Origin: Pseudomonadota bacterium | GTDB taxonomy: Bacteria > Pseudomonadota > Gammaproteobacteria > JAKAQQ01 | Assembly (NCBI GenBank): GCA_027365475.1 | Contig: DAHXNI010000012.1 | Span: 3,456 to 67,455, forward strand | Length of the DNA: 64,000 bases | Reading direction: 5' to 3' | Shown here: positions 47,820-58,415 of the stretch, one piece after another | Position numbering within the stretch: position 1 is the stretch's first letter | Layout of the letters: the number at the start of each line of letters is the position of its first letter | Made by a program: the position numbers and the translations under genes | Notes under the pieces: model-generated | Told to the model about the DNA's origin: nothing | What the model saw: the letters and a program-made list of their open reading frames with translations, nothing else | The model's database searches: none

Positions 47820-48990
47820 AGAGGGCGGGGGCCAATGCGACCCCCATGCGCGTCTCCTCGTTCTGACGCGCAACTTCCCGCCGGTGATCGGTGGCATTGA
47901 ACGGGTGGTTGCCGAGGCCGTCCAGGCCCTTCGCGCCGCTTTTGATGTGACCGTCATCGGACCCCGGGGAGGCCGACAGGAGAGCAGCGGTCTGGATTAT
48001 CGGGAGATTGCGGCGCAACCGGCCAGCGTGTTCCTCGCTCAGTCGATTCTGCGGGCGGTTGGAGCAGCCCGTCAGCTGCGACCCTCTTGGGTCCTGGCGG
48101 GCAGCGGGGTCATGGCACCAGCCGCGATGAGCGCGGCGCGAAGAACCGGCTGTCCGGCTTGGGCATTCGTGCATGGGCTCGACGTTACCACGCAACATCC
48201 CTTGTACCGGTCTTTTTTCGTGCCCGCGATCCGTCGTCTGGATGGAGTCATCGCGAACAGTCATGCGACCGCAGAGGCGGCCAGATGTCTCGGCGCAGGA
48301 GGGGGGAACATCGTCTGCATCCATCCCGGAGTGGATCTTCCAGCGATCCCCTGTGGGGAGGAGCGGATCCGGTTCCGGCGGAACCACGGACTGCCAGTGG
48401 ATGCACGCATTCTCCTGTTCGTGGGGCGATTCATATCCCGCAAAGGGCTCGGACCGTTCATCGACCGGGCGCTGTTACCGGTTGTGTCCGTAGAGCCCCG
48501 TGCCCATCTCGTGGTCGTGGGCGCCCCGCCCGCACAGGCCCTCGGACGCGGCGCGCAAGGCCAAACCGATCTTGAGCGGCGCGCCGCACGTTTGGGTCTT
48601 GCCGACCGTGTGCATTTTCTGGGGCCGCTCACGGGAGCTCCATTGAGCGAGGCGTACGGAGCAGCCGATGTGCACATCTTCCCGGTGCTCGATCGCCACT
48701 GGGATCTCGAGGGATTCGGTCTCGTGGCGCTCGAAGCAGCCGCCCATGGATTGCACACTGTGGCTTTTGCCACAGGTGGGGTCCCGGATGCAGTTTCCGT
48801 TCCTGAAAGTGGTCGGCTCGTCCAGCCTGACGATTACGAGGGGTTCGTCCAGGCGATTCTTGAAGTGTTGTCCGATCCTCAGAGGTCCGGATCAGCCTCC
48901 GCGCGCCGGTTCGCCGAGACCCATACGTGGGCGCAGTTCCGAGCCCGGATCGAATCTCTCGCACGCGCTCAGTCCAAGCCAACGGCTTGA
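47803..48990 (+). CDS. GT4 (group 1) glycosyltransferase
   Basis: FPPVIGGIERV N-terminus, GRFISRKG and EGFGLVALEAAAHGLHTVAFATGGVPD (EX7E region). The GTG start overlaps the previous gene by 17 nt. Confidence 0.75.
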   Translation: MNLDREEGGGQCDPHARLLVLTRNFPPVIGGIERVVAEAVQALRAAFDVTVIGPRGGRQESSGLDYREIAAQPASVFLAQSILRAVGAARQLRPSWVLAGSGVMAPAAMSAARRTGCPAWAFVHGLDVTTQHPLYRSFFVPAIRRLDGVIANSHATAEAARCLGAGGGNIVCIHPGVDLPAIPCGEERIRFRRNHGLPVDARILLFVGRFISRKGLGPFIDRALLPVVSVEPRAHLVVVGAPPAQALGRGAQGQTDLERRAARLGLADRVHFLGPLTGAPLSEAYGAADVHIFPVLDRHWDLEGFGLVALEAAAHGLHTVAFATGGVPDAVSVPESGRLVQPDDYEGFVQAILEVLSDPQRSGSASARRFAETHTWAQFRARIESLARAQSKPTA

Positions 48991-48998
48991 GAGGAATT

Positions 48999-50133
48999 TC
49001 ACCGCCTGGTTTCCATGCCATCCAGTTTGCGGGCGAGAACCTCCCAGGCAGAAGCGAGGGTGGGAGCTGCATCCAGTCTGAGTCGACCCCGTTCGAGCCT
49101 GCGTCGGGTTCGTGCCGGTTGACCGCCGCGTAGAAGCCAGCGAGCCCTGAGAATCCAGGGCAGCGGGCTTCCCAGACGTTCCACAGCTGCGGATTCGAGT
49201 GCGTGCAATGCCTGTGTGAGGTGACCCAGTCTTTCGTTTTCATATCCGAGATAGATGGAAATCAAAAACCGGTTGTGCGTGCACCGACTCCGGATGGATT
49301 GTGCCCGCTCGAGGAGGATCAGGAATCGATGGTGTGAATATTGGCAACGTCCGTTGAGACCGAGGATGGCGAGATGCGTGAGGGTCGTGATCGGATAGGC
49401 GGAAAAATGGCGGGCTCGGGCCGGGATCAGGGTTGGGTTGAGCTCGGCCGTGCCGATCCGGCCATGCATGAGGCAGCGGTAGATATCGGCTTGCACTCCG
49501 GCTCCCACGATCCCCGATTTCCGGAGAAGATCAATTGCCTGATGCGGATATCTGTACTCAAACTCCACCTGAGCAAGCCCCGATACAGCAGTGGCTGAGT
49601 GCGGGTGGGTAGGGGCGCCCTCCCGGTAGAATCGCATGGGCTGGCACCAAAGGCTCGCCTGATGGAACGTCAGGATCGCGAGGAGAGACACCAGGTGGGT
49701 AGGGGCGCGAGACAGGCGAGCCTGGCCCCGAGGGAGCTGGCTGGCCGAATGTAAAGCCACGTCCGGCATAGCCAGCCCGGATGAAGCCCCGGTCGACCAT
49801 CGCAAGACCGATGAGCCCGAGAGCCAGGGCGGTGAGGGTGCCGAAATAAACAAGGAGCATCCGTCGGATGCCCTCCGGTCCCCGGAAGCGGAAAAAAAGC
49901 AGTTCCACGAGCAGAGCCAAGACGGGTGTGAGCGTTCCATTCTCCTTGCTGAAGAGTGCGATGAGCGGGCAGAGCATAAAGAGCCAGGAGAAACCAGACG
50001 CCGGCCGCCTGCCCTTTTTGGCCACGCGGGCGGGCCTCGATATAGCACCAAACAGGGAACGGGCCAGATCAAAAATGAGAAGACCGGAGAGCCCCGGCCA
50101 GTAGACGGCAGCCGTGATTGCACAGACGGCCAC
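48999..50133 (-). pseudogene. Decayed TPR-containing GT-C/PMT-like membrane protein (frameshift near 49740, probably also truncated)
   Basis: The membrane-protein-like reading frame (49558..50133) is credible only up to GRGFTFGQ (codon ending 49741). The protein-like continuation (A)RLSRAPTHLVSLLAILTF... and the TPR-like C-terminus are in the frame of ORF 48999..50180. Both other halves are R/P/S-rich nonsense. Confidence 0.4.
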
Positions 50134-50204
50134 CCAAAACGCGATGCGCTACACCCGAGAACTCGCCCGGTCAGACCCAAAACGCGGGTGTGTGGTTTGT
50201 GAAA

Positions 50205-51611
50205 TCAGGGTGTGGAACAGAGAGTCGGCTGGAGGCTTCGGATCGCCTGTTCGATCTCGCGGAGGAGCGTCGAGGTTTTCTGTACGAGCAGACGGGGATT
50301 GTCCCGGGCTTCCAGGTTGATGCGGAGGAGGGGCTCGGTGTTCGATGCGCGGACGTTGAAACGCCAGTTGTCGTACTCGACAGAAAGACCATCTAGGCGG
50401 TCGATCGACCGCGTGTCGGTCTGGTGCTGCCCTGCCAGTGTTTCGAGAATAACGTCGGGTTTTTGTACCGAACGGTTGATTTCTCCGCTGATCGGGTATC
50501 GCGTCATGCGTTCTTCGACGAGTTGAGACAGGGACATTCCTGATTCGGCCATAAGCCGCGTCACGACGAGCCAGGGGACCATGCCACTGTCGCAGTAGAA
50601 AAAGTCACGGAAATAGTGGTGACCGCTCATCTCGCCGCCATAAACCGCTCCGTGCGCTCGCATGGCTTCCTTGATGAACGCATGCCCCGACTTGCAAACG
50701 ATGGACTGCCCACTAGACGCCGTGACGAGTTCACGGGTGTTCCAGACGAGCCTCGGGTCATGAACGATTGTGGCACCCGGCTCCCCGGTCAGGAGGGACG
50801 ATGCAATCAGCCCAACGAGATAATAACTTTCGATGAAGCGCCCGGTTTCATCATAAAAGAAGCAGCGATCGGCGTCGCCATCCCAGGCGAGACCGAGATC
50901 CGCTCCCGTCGCGTGAACGAGCTGGGCTGTTTCGCTCCGATTTTCCGGCAGGAGAGGGTTCGGCACACCGTGAGGGTAGCGTCCGTCTGGTACTTCGTGG
51001 AGCCAGATCCATTCGAACGGCAGATGTACCGCAAGTTCCCGGATGAGGGGCCCGGCCATGCCGTTTCCGGCGTTGGCGACGATTCGAAAGGGGCGTTTTT
51101 GTTTGGGTCCGAAGCGCTCGAGCAGGGTTTCAGCCAGTTTGGGTCGGATGTCGACCCGCTCGACCCGGCCGGTCCGGGTCTTGGGGATGGCAGGGGGGTC
51201 CAGGCTTGAGATGCCGATCTCGCGAAGGCCCGTGTCGGAGCTGATCGGGCGCGCCTCGCTCCGCACCAGCTTGAATCCATTGTCCCCAGCTGGATTGTGG
51301 CTGGCCGTGACCATGATTCCGCCATCAAGTCCGAGCGATGCGGTGGCGAAGTACAGTTCCTCGGTGGCAACCGCTCCAAGCGCGACCACGTCCACGCCGT
51401 TTTGCGTGAGCGTCTCCTCGACTGTTGCGGCGAGATCCGGGCCCGAGAGGCGGGCATCGTATCCGACGGCGATCTTTCGGGGCTTCAAAAACCCGATATA
51501 GGCCCGTGTGATGCGCGACGTCAGTTCTGCATCGATCTCGGCTGGTGCGGCACCGCGGATGTCGTAAGCCTTGAAGCAGGTGGGCGGGTTCCGGTCGGGT
51601 GGGGAAGTCAC
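50205..51611 (-). CDS. Phosphomannomutase / phosphoglucomutase
   Basis: FKAYDIRG, TASHNPAGDNGFK (active-site Ser), GDGDADR-like WDGDADRC and GGEMSGHHYF motifs. Confidence 0.9.
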   Translation of the reverse strand: MTSPPDRNPPTCFKAYDIRGAAPAEIDAELTSRITRAYIGFLKPRKIAVGYDARLSGPDLAATVEETLTQNGVDVVALGAVATEELYFATASLGLDGGIMVTASHNPAGDNGFKLVRSEARPISSDTGLREIGISSLDPPAIPKTRTGRVERVDIRPKLAETLLERFGPKQKRPFRIVANAGNGMAGPLIRELAVHLPFEWIWLHEVPDGRYPHGVPNPLLPENRSETAQLVHATGADLGLAWDGDADRCFFYDETGRFIESYYLVGLIASSLLTGEPGATIVHDPRLVWNTRELVTASSGQSIVCKSGHAFIKEAMRAHGAVYGGEMSGHHYFRDFFYCDSGMVPWLVVTRLMAESGMSLSQLVEERMTRYPISGEINRSVQKPDVILETLAGQHQTDTRSIDRLDGLSVEYDNWRFNVRASNTEPLLRINLEARDNPRLLVQKTSTLLREIEQAIRSLQPTLCSTP

Positions 51612-51822
51612 GCGAGGATTCTCAAAGTGCAGGTCTCAGACCCTAGTTTGTCTTAATCTAGCACAGGATTGGCTTTCCGCACCGCACGAGCCCCAGGGTC
51701 CGGGGAAGCTTGAAAAGGTGCGATCCACTCGGCGGTCCCATGCGCTATTCAAGGATCTGGCCGTGGGAGGGCCACGGGTGTGCTTGTGACTGAAACGGGA
51801 CAGTTTTGATGTTTGTCTCGGC

Positions 51823-52767
51823 TCAGCGTCTGTGGTTCCAGATCTTCCCCGGGTTGAGCCAGATACTTTCCAGGGGTACCCGAGCGAGACGGCTCACCGG
51901 TGGGCGGCCAAGGATCCGTCCCACGAGTCCACCCGCTCTGAGCAGTGCCGGAAGATCTACTCCGGTTCGGCAGCCCTGTCCTTCCAGCAGGTAAACCACT
52001 TCTTCGGTCGCGACGTTCCCGCTGGCACCAGGCGCAAACGGACAACCCCCAAGCCCATGGACGGAAGAGTCGATGATGCACACACCCTGATCCAGAGCGG
52101 TTTGCACATTGGCCAGGGCCTGCCCGTAGGTATCGTGAAAGTGAACGGCAATCCGCGTCACCGGCACGCGCTGGCTGACCTGATCGAGGAGGCGCTTGAC
52201 CTGTGCTGGTGTGCCGACGCCGATCGTGTCTCCGAGCGAGACTTCATCGACCCCGAGCATCATGAACCGTTCTGCCATCTCCGCCACTTTCCCGGGATCA
52301 ATGACACCTTCGTAAGGACAACCGATCACGGTTGAAAGATAACCCCGAATGGGAAGCCCCGCCTGTCGGGCGTCTGCGATGACGGGAGTGAAGCGCGCAA
52401 AGGATTCCTCAATGCTAGCGCCAATGTTGCGCTGATTGAAAGTTTCGGAAACCGCGATGAAAAGCGCAATTGCATCCGGTCGGTGAACCAATGCACGCTC
52501 AAGACCCTGAAGGTTGGGTACAAGTACGCCATAGGCGACATTCGGGATCCGGTCGATCTCGGCCAGGACTATTTCGGCATCCGCGAGTTGCGGAACCCGG
52601 TCCGAGCGGACGAAACTTGTGACCTCGATGCGCCGGAGACCCGTGCGGCTCAGTGCGTTGATCCAGGCGATTTTGACGTCGGTCGGAACGATGTGGTGCT
52701 CGTTCTGGAGTCCATCTCTTGGAGCGACCTCGACGATCGAGACCGGTGCACCAGAACCCGTGTTCAT
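51823..52767 (-). CDS. liuE: Hydroxymethylglutaryl-CoA lyase
   Basis: VEVAPRDGLQNE, HFHDTYGQALAN and GLGGCPFAPGASGNV motifs. ATGA overlap with the upstream gene. Confidence 0.88.
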   Translation of the reverse strand: MNTGSGAPVSIVEVAPRDGLQNEHHIVPTDVKIAWINALSRTGLRRIEVTSFVRSDRVPQLADAEIVLAEIDRIPNVAYGVLVPNLQGLERALVHRPDAIALFIAVSETFNQRNIGASIEESFARFTPVIADARQAGLPIRGYLSTVIGCPYEGVIDPGKVAEMAERFMMLGVDEVSLGDTIGVGTPAQVKRLLDQVSQRVPVTRIAVHFHDTYGQALANVQTALDQGVCIIDSSVHGLGGCPFAPGASGNVATEEVVYLLEGQGCRTGVDLPALLRAGGLVGRILGRPPVSRLARVPLESIWLNPGKIWNHRR

Positions 52768-54737
52768 GGTGTTACGAGATCCGGATCGAGTTCCATCAAA
52801 GGCTGATCCATAGCGACCGCTGCACCTTCCTCGCAGGAAACAGTCCGGATCCGCCCCGGGTAAGGTGCCCGGAGCGTGTATTCCATTTTCATGCCTTCTA
52901 TGATGACGAGAGGAGATCCGGCTGCGACGGCTTGGTTGGCGCAGACCGTGATCTTGACGATACGGCCGGGAAACGGGCTCACGAGACGACCCGCGTCCTG
53001 TTCGATGGGACGTGTGGGGCGGGTGTCATCGAAATGGGTTTCGAAGTCCACCGCATCGGTTCCGAAATCAATCCTCAGTCGGTTCCTCAAGCGACGTGCA
53101 TGACCTGTCCGTGCGCAGCCCTCCACTGCGACCCATAAGCTCTCGGGTGTGAGCCAGCGTGTTTCCACCGGGTGCTCCACACCATCCAGACCGAGATGCC
53201 AGGATCCCGGATCCTGCCCGGAGCGGATCGTAAGTGCGAATGGGCCCCGGGGCCCCGTGAAATTCAATGTTGCGGGCAGGTGGCCGATGCGGAAAGCATC
53301 TCGGACTCCCCATGGAGAAGAATCGTCTATCTCCCATGCTCGTGTCGTGGCCCAGGCGAGGGCAGCCAAGTGATGCAGGGTGGGTTCGGGTGTGAGAATG
53401 AGTTCGGCAAGATGGGTGGTGATGAAGCCGGTATCGACATGTGCTTGTGCCACTTCAGGATTTCTGGCAAGTCCTTCGAGAAGAGGCAGGTTGGTTGCAA
53501 GAGGGGCAACCCAGGTCGCAGCGAGTGCACGGACGAGTTTGGCCAGGCAGGCCGCGCGTGTGGGACCTTGAGCGATGAGTTTGGCGATGAGGGTATCGTA
53601 ATCGGTGCCGACCCGATCACCGGTACGGTAGCCGGTATCCACTCGGATGATATCCGGCAGGTCCAGGCGGTCCAGCCGCCCCGCCGTAGGCAGGAAGTCT
53701 TTCTGTGGATTCTCCGCGTAAAGACGCACTTCGATCGCATGCCCCTCACAGCGGACGTCTTCCTGGCGAAAGGGAATGGGGTGACCCGCTGCGATTTCGA
53801 ACTGGAGGGCGACCAGGTCGAGGCCAGTTACGAACTCCGTTACGGGGTGCTCGACCTGGAGACGGGTATTCATTTCAAGGAAGTGAAATGCACCGCTGCG
53901 ATCCACCACAAACTCGACCGTTCCGGCCCCAACGTAACGGACCGCGCGGGCCGCATGGAGGGCGGCCTGAAGCAGTGCTTCGCGCGATTCACCCGCAGGC
54001 AGGGAGGACGGGGATTCTTCCCAAACTTTCTGATAACGGCGCTGCAGTGTGCACTCCCGTTCGAACAGGTGGACGACCCGACCATGCCGGTCGCCCAGAA
54101 TCTGCACTTCGATATGGCGCGGTGTCTCGATATAGCGTTCAAGCAGGAGCGAACCGTCTCCGAAACTCGCCAAGGCTTCGCGTCTGGCACTTTCGAGCGC
54201 GGCGGGTAGTTCTCCGATCTCCCGGACGAGCCGCATGCCGCGTCCGCCGCCGCCGTGGACTGCTTTGATGAGTAGTGGAAAACCGATGGATTGGGCCTGC
54301 GCTGCAAGGAAGACCGGATCCTGATTGTCCCCCGCGTAACCCGGCACAACCGGAACGCCCACGGTTTCCATGAGCGCTTTTGCAGCACGTTTCGATCCCA
54401 TCTGTTCGATGGTGTCCGGATCCGGGCCGACGAACACGAGTCCGGCGTGCATGACTCGTCTTGCAAACTCCGCTTGTTCGGACAGGAAGCCATATCCCGG
54501 GTGGATGGCCTCTGCACGGCTTCTGCGGGCGGCCTCCAGGATGGCATCAACAGACAAGTACGATTGGCTGGGTGCCGATTCCCCGATCGGCCAGGCTTCA
54601 TCAGCGAGCTCGATATGGCGCGCGTACCGATCGGCTTCGGAATAGACGGCGATCGCAGTGAGTCCAAGCTTGTGACAGCTCTGGATGATCCGGCAGGCGA
54701 TCTCGCCCCGGTTTGCGATCAATACCCGACTGAACAT
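52764..54737 (-). CDS. liuD: Methylcrotonyl-CoA carboxylase alpha subunit (biotin carboxylase plus biotinyl domain)
   Basis: LIANRGEIACRI N-terminus, ATP-grasp blocks and a C-terminal biotinyl motif EGMKME. Confidence 0.85.
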   Translation of the reverse strand: MFSRVLIANRGEIACRIIQSCHKLGLTAIAVYSEADRYARHIELADEAWPIGESAPSQSYLSVDAILEAARRSRAEAIHPGYGFLSEQAEFARRVMHAGLVFVGPDPDTIEQMGSKRAAKALMETVGVPVVPGYAGDNQDPVFLAAQAQSIGFPLLIKAVHGGGGRGMRLVREIGELPAALESARREALASFGDGSLLLERYIETPRHIEVQILGDRHGRVVHLFERECTLQRRYQKVWEESPSSLPAGESREALLQAALHAARAVRYVGAGTVEFVVDRSGAFHFLEMNTRLQVEHPVTEFVTGLDLVALQFEIAAGHPIPFRQEDVRCEGHAIEVRLYAENPQKDFLPTAGRLDRLDLPDIIRVDTGYRTGDRVGTDYDTLIAKLIAQGPTRAACLAKLVRALAATWVAPLATNLPLLEGLARNPEVAQAHVDTGFITTHLAELILTPEPTLHHLAALAWATTRAWEIDDSSPWGVRDAFRIGHLPATLNFTGPRGPFALTIRSGQDPGSWHLGLDGVEHPVETRWLTPESLWVAVEGCARTGHARRLRNRLRIDFGTDAVDFETHFDDTRPTRPIEQDAGRLVSPFPGRIVKITVCANQAVAAGSPLVIIEGMKMEYTLRAPYPGRIRTVSCEEGAAVAMDQPLMELDPDLVTP

Positions 54738-54752
54738 GGAGTGAATTCCATC

Positions 54753-55562
54753 CTAATCCGGCTCAGGGGCCGGATTTCGCCAGGCAGGCCTGCGTTTTTC
54801 GAGGAAGGCGCTCAATCCCTCACGGCCTTCCGGGCTTGCGCGAAGACGGGTGAGCAGGGCCAGAGTTTCGTCTGCGAGTCGGACCTCATCATGAAAACTC
54901 GGCTGCAGGCGTCGGATCAGGGTTTTGGCGGCCCGGATTGCCTCGGGACCGCCTTTCAGGAGTTCATCGAGGAGATCCGCGAGAGTGGCCTCAAGTCGGT
55001 TGCCCGGTACGACGATCTGGATGAGCCCCATGCGCTTAGCCTCTTCGGCATCGAAAAGTTCGCCGGTCAGCATGTATCGCCTGAGATTCCGGAAACCCAT
55101 GGCGCGTGCCACGTAGGGTGAGATGATCGCTGGTGCGAGTCCAAGCCGCACCTCGCTCAGGGCAAAATGCGCGGTATTCGCGGCGAGAGCTATGTCGCAG
55201 GCGGCAATGAGTCCCAAGGCGCCTCCGAATGCCGGGCCTTGAACGAGAGCCAGGGTCGGGGTCGGGAACTGGTTGAGCTGGGCGATGAGTGAGAGCAACC
55301 GGTGGGCATCGTCGAGGTTTTCATCTGGACTCGCGTCTGCCATGAGGCGCATGGTTGCAAGATCCGCACCGGACGAAAAAGTGTCGCCAGATCCGCGGAG
55401 AACTAGCGCGCGTAGCGTGCGATCCTCCGCCAGTTTTTCGAGACGTTTGAGCAGCGTCTCGACCAGTTTTCCATCAAGTGCGTTGCGTACCTTCGGGCGG
55501 TTCAGTGTGAGCGTAACCACGCCCGGTTCGATGCGCTGTTCAAGTAAGATGGTTTCCATCAT
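54753..55562 (-). CDS. liuC: Methylglutaconyl-CoA hydratase (crotonase family)
   Basis: Crotonase fold motifs (LNRPKVRNAL, GSGDTFSSGADL, GPAFGGALGL). Positioned between the two carboxylase subunits as in liuABCDE. Confidence 0.75.
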   Translation of the reverse strand: MMETILLEQRIEPGVVTLTLNRPKVRNALDGKLVETLLKRLEKLAEDRTLRALVLRGSGDTFSSGADLATMRLMADASPDENLDDAHRLLSLIAQLNQFPTPTLALVQGPAFGGALGLIAACDIALAANTAHFALSEVRLGLAPAIISPYVARAMGFRNLRRYMLTGELFDAEEAKRMGLIQIVVPGNRLEATLADLLDELLKGGPEAIRAAKTLIRRLQPSFHDEVRLADETLALLTRLRASPEGREGLSAFLEKRRPAWRNPAPEPD

Positions 55563-57166
55563 TACATCCTGAAGATACCGAAGTGCCCGGTCGGGCGCAG
55601 TCTGGGTTCTTCGCTCACGAGTGCGAGTGCAAGACCCAGGACGCGCCGCGTATCGGCCGGATCCAGTATCCCATCATCCCAGAGTCGCGCCGTTGCATAG
55701 TAGGGGTCCCCCTGATCTTCATACTGTTGGCGAATGACAGACCGGAATGCAGCCTGTTCCGAATCGGGCCAGGAGCGTCCGCGTTGGGCAAGGGTATCGT
55801 TCCGGACGGATGTCAGCACTTCGGCCGCCTGCTCGCCGCCCATGACGGATATCCGTGCGTTGGGCCAGCTCCAGAGGAATCGGCTGCCATACGCCCGTCC
55901 TGCCATGGCATAGTTCCCGGCACCGAAAGAGCCACCGATCAGAATCGTGAGTTTGGGAACGCTCGCAGTGGCGACTGCGTTGACCATTTTGGCGCCGTCC
56001 TTGGCAATGCCGGACTGTTCGTATTTCTGGCCTACCATGAATCCTGTGATATTTTGGAGAAAAAGCAGCGGAATGCCGCGCTGTTCACAAAGCTCGATGA
56101 AATGTGTGCCCTTGAGGGCGGATTCCGAAAAGAGGATGCCATTGTTGGCGAGTATCCCGACTGGATATCCTGCGATTCCGGCAAAGGCTGTCACGAGCGT
56201 TTTCCCATAGAGCGGCTTGAACTCGTCAAAGACCGAATCGTCGACCAGGCGGGCGATGATTTCGCGCACCTCATAGGGGTAGCGCACATCGACCGGCAGG
56301 ATGCCATAGAGTTCCTCGGTCGGGTAGCGGGGCTCGCGGAATGGACGCACCCGCGATTCCGGCGATTCTGGCAGGCGCCCAACCAGGCTGCGGGCGAGTG
56401 CGAGGGCGTGTTCGTCATCTTCGGCCAGTGTATCGATCACGCCCGATTGGCGTGTGTGCACATCTCCGCCGCCCAACGTTTCGGCATCGACGATTTCGCC
56501 CGTAGCGGCGCGAACCAGTGGAGGGCCGCCGAGAAAGACCGTACCCTGATTCCGGACAATGATTGCCTCATCGCACATGGCCGGCACATAGGCACCCCCT
56601 GCTGTGCAGGATCCCATGACGATGGCAATTTGCGCGAGCCCGCGTGCCGACAGATGGGCTTGGTTGTAGAAAATACGTCCGAAATGCTCACGGTCCGGGA
56701 AAACCTCATCCTGAAGCGGCAGGAATGCGCCACCGGAATCGACCAGATACAGGCAGGGCAGGCCGTTTTCGAGGGCCACCGTCTGTGCACGCAGGTGTTT
56801 TTTCACGGTGAGCGGAAAATAGCAGCCGCCCTTGACTGTGGCATCATTGGCCACGATCATGACCCGCCGCCTCGAAACCGTGCCGATGCCGGTCACGAGC
56901 CCGGCAGCGGGTGCTTCACCGTCGTAGAGCATCTCTGCCGCGAGCGGGGCGAGTTCGAGAAAAGGGCTGCCGGGATCGAGGAGGCGGTCGATCCGTCTGC
57001 GGACGAAAAGTTTGCCACGTTCCTCATGTTTGCGGCGTGCTTCACTCCCGCCTCCTTGGGCGGTCTGTTCCAGTTTTGCCCGCAGGGTTCGGGCGAGCGA
57101 CTCGTGGTGCTGGTAGCGCGTCCGGTAATCCGAGTCGTGGCTCAGAGTCGTGATCCAGGGAGTCAT
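55562..57166 (-). CDS. liuB: Methylcrotonyl-CoA carboxylase beta (carboxyltransferase) subunit
   Basis: 534 aa with [23 protein letters not shown] and [14 protein letters not shown] blocks. TAATG junction with the next gene. Confidence 0.88.
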   Translation of the reverse strand: MTPWITTLSHDSDYRTRYQHHESLARTLRAKLEQTAQGGGSEARRKHEERGKLFVRRRIDRLLDPGSPFLELAPLAAEMLYDGEAPAAGLVTGIGTVSRRRVMIVANDATVKGGCYFPLTVKKHLRAQTVALENGLPCLYLVDSGGAFLPLQDEVFPDREHFGRIFYNQAHLSARGLAQIAIVMGSCTAGGAYVPAMCDEAIIVRNQGTVFLGGPPLVRAATGEIVDAETLGGGDVHTRQSGVIDTLAEDDEHALALARSLVGRLPESPESRVRPFREPRYPTEELYGILPVDVRYPYEVREIIARLVDDSVFDEFKPLYGKTLVTAFAGIAGYPVGILANNGILFSESALKGTHFIELCEQRGIPLLFLQNITGFMVGQKYEQSGIAKDGAKMVNAVATASVPKLTILIGGSFGAGNYAMAGRAYGSRFLWSWPNARISVMGGEQAAEVLTSVRNDTLAQRGRSWPDSEQAAFRSVIRQQYEDQGDPYYATARLWDDGILDPADTRRVLGLALALVSEEPRLRPTGHFGIFRM

Positions 57167-57224
57167 GGTCGTACCGTTCGCATGGTCTCAAAATCGCGAA
57201 AGCGTCCGATGAATGGATCCCGTC

Positions 57225-58415
57225 TCAAGTCGCGGACCGCTCGATGGCGATCGCAGTGGCTTCTCCTCCGCCGATGCAGAGCGTCGCGATGCCGCGCTGC
57301 TGCCCCCGTCTGGCCAGGGCGTGGATCAGGGTGACGATCAGGCGTGCCCCGCTTGCCCCGATCGGGTGCCCGAGCGCGCAGGCACCCCCGTGGACGTTGA
57401 CTCTCTCGGGATCCAGCCCAAGATCGTGTATGGCTGCCATTGTGACTACAGCAAACGCCTCGTTGATTTCGAACAGCTCGACCTGGCCGATATCCCAGCC
57501 CACCTTCCGACAAAGGTTCCGGATCGCCCCGATGGGTGCAGTGGTGAACCATTGAGGTGCCTGGGCATGGCTCGCGACACCGGCGAGATGGGCGAGCGGA
57601 GGAAGATTCAGGCGCTCCGCTTCTGCACGTGTCGTGAGGAGCAGTGCAGCGGCTCCGTCCGAAATCGACGAAGAACTCGCGGCCGTCACAGTTCCGTCCT
57701 TGCGAAAGGCCGGTTTCAGCGTTTTGATCTTTTCGAGATCGACGCGGCCCGGACCTTCATCCATATCGACTTCCGTCCTTTGGCCCCGGTGTGTCACACT
57801 GATCGGAATGATCTCTGCACGGAAGGCACCCTCCGCCTGAGCTGTGCGAGCCCGTTCTGCAGAGCGGATCGCATAAGCATCCTGGCTGGCCCGGCCGAAC
57901 GCATAGCGTTCTGCGCAGAGCTCTGCGAACTCACCCATGGTTTTGTGGTCGGAGGCGTTTTCAAGCCCGTCATAGAGCATATGGTCCAGTACGCGTTCAT
58001 GCCCCATGCGATAGCCAATCCGTGCCCGAGGCAGGAGGTAGGGGGCCTGGCTCATCGACTCCATTCCGCCCGCGATGACCATCCGGGATTGCCCGGAGCG
58101 GAGGAGCGCATCGGCCAGAAGTACAGTTTTCATGCCTGATCCGCACACTTTGTTGATCGTGGTGGCTCCAGTTGAGTCGGGCAGTCCCGCGAGAAGCGTC
58201 GCCTGGCGGGCGGGTGCCTGGCCCACTCCCGCAGGGAGTACGCAGCCGATCAGGGTCTCGTCAATCGCATCGATCAGAGCGGGTCGGGAGGTGAGCAGCG
58301 CCCGTATGACAGGTGCCATGATCTCCGGTGCACTAAGCGGTGCAAGTGTGCCCTGGAATGAACCGATCGGGCTACGGCGCGCGTCGACGATGACGATGTC
58401 GGATGTGTCGGTCAT
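57225..58415 (-). CDS. Acetyl-CoA C-acetyltransferase (thiolase II)
   Basis: NKVCGSGMK active-site Cys, NVHGGACALGHPIGASG and CIGGGEATA motifs. Confidence 0.88.
   Translation of the reverse strand: MTDTSDIVIVDARRSPIGSFQGTLAPLSAPEIMAPVIRALLTSRPALIDAIDETLIGCVLPAGVGQAPARQATLLAGLPDSTGATTINKVCGSGMKTVLLADALLRSGQSRMVIAGGMESMSQAPYLLPRARIGYRMGHERVLDHMLYDGLENASDHKTMGEFAELCAERYAFGRASQDAYAIRSAERARTAQAEGAFRAEIIPISVTHRGQRTEVDMDEGPGRVDLEKIKTLKPAFRKDGTVTAASSSSISDGAAALLLTTRAEAERLNLPPLAHLAGVASHAQAPQWFTTAPIGAIRNLCRKVGWDIGQVELFEINEAFAVVTMAAIHDLGLDPERVNVHGGACALGHPIGASGARLIVTLIHALARRGQQRGIATLCIGGGEATAIAIERSAT

Noticed and set aside
51759-51775. A hairpin, CCGTGG-GAGGG-CCACGG, downstream of liuE, considered as the operon terminator.
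   Set aside because: It has a 6-bp stem with no following U-run on the minus strand. That is insufficient for an intrinsic terminator call.
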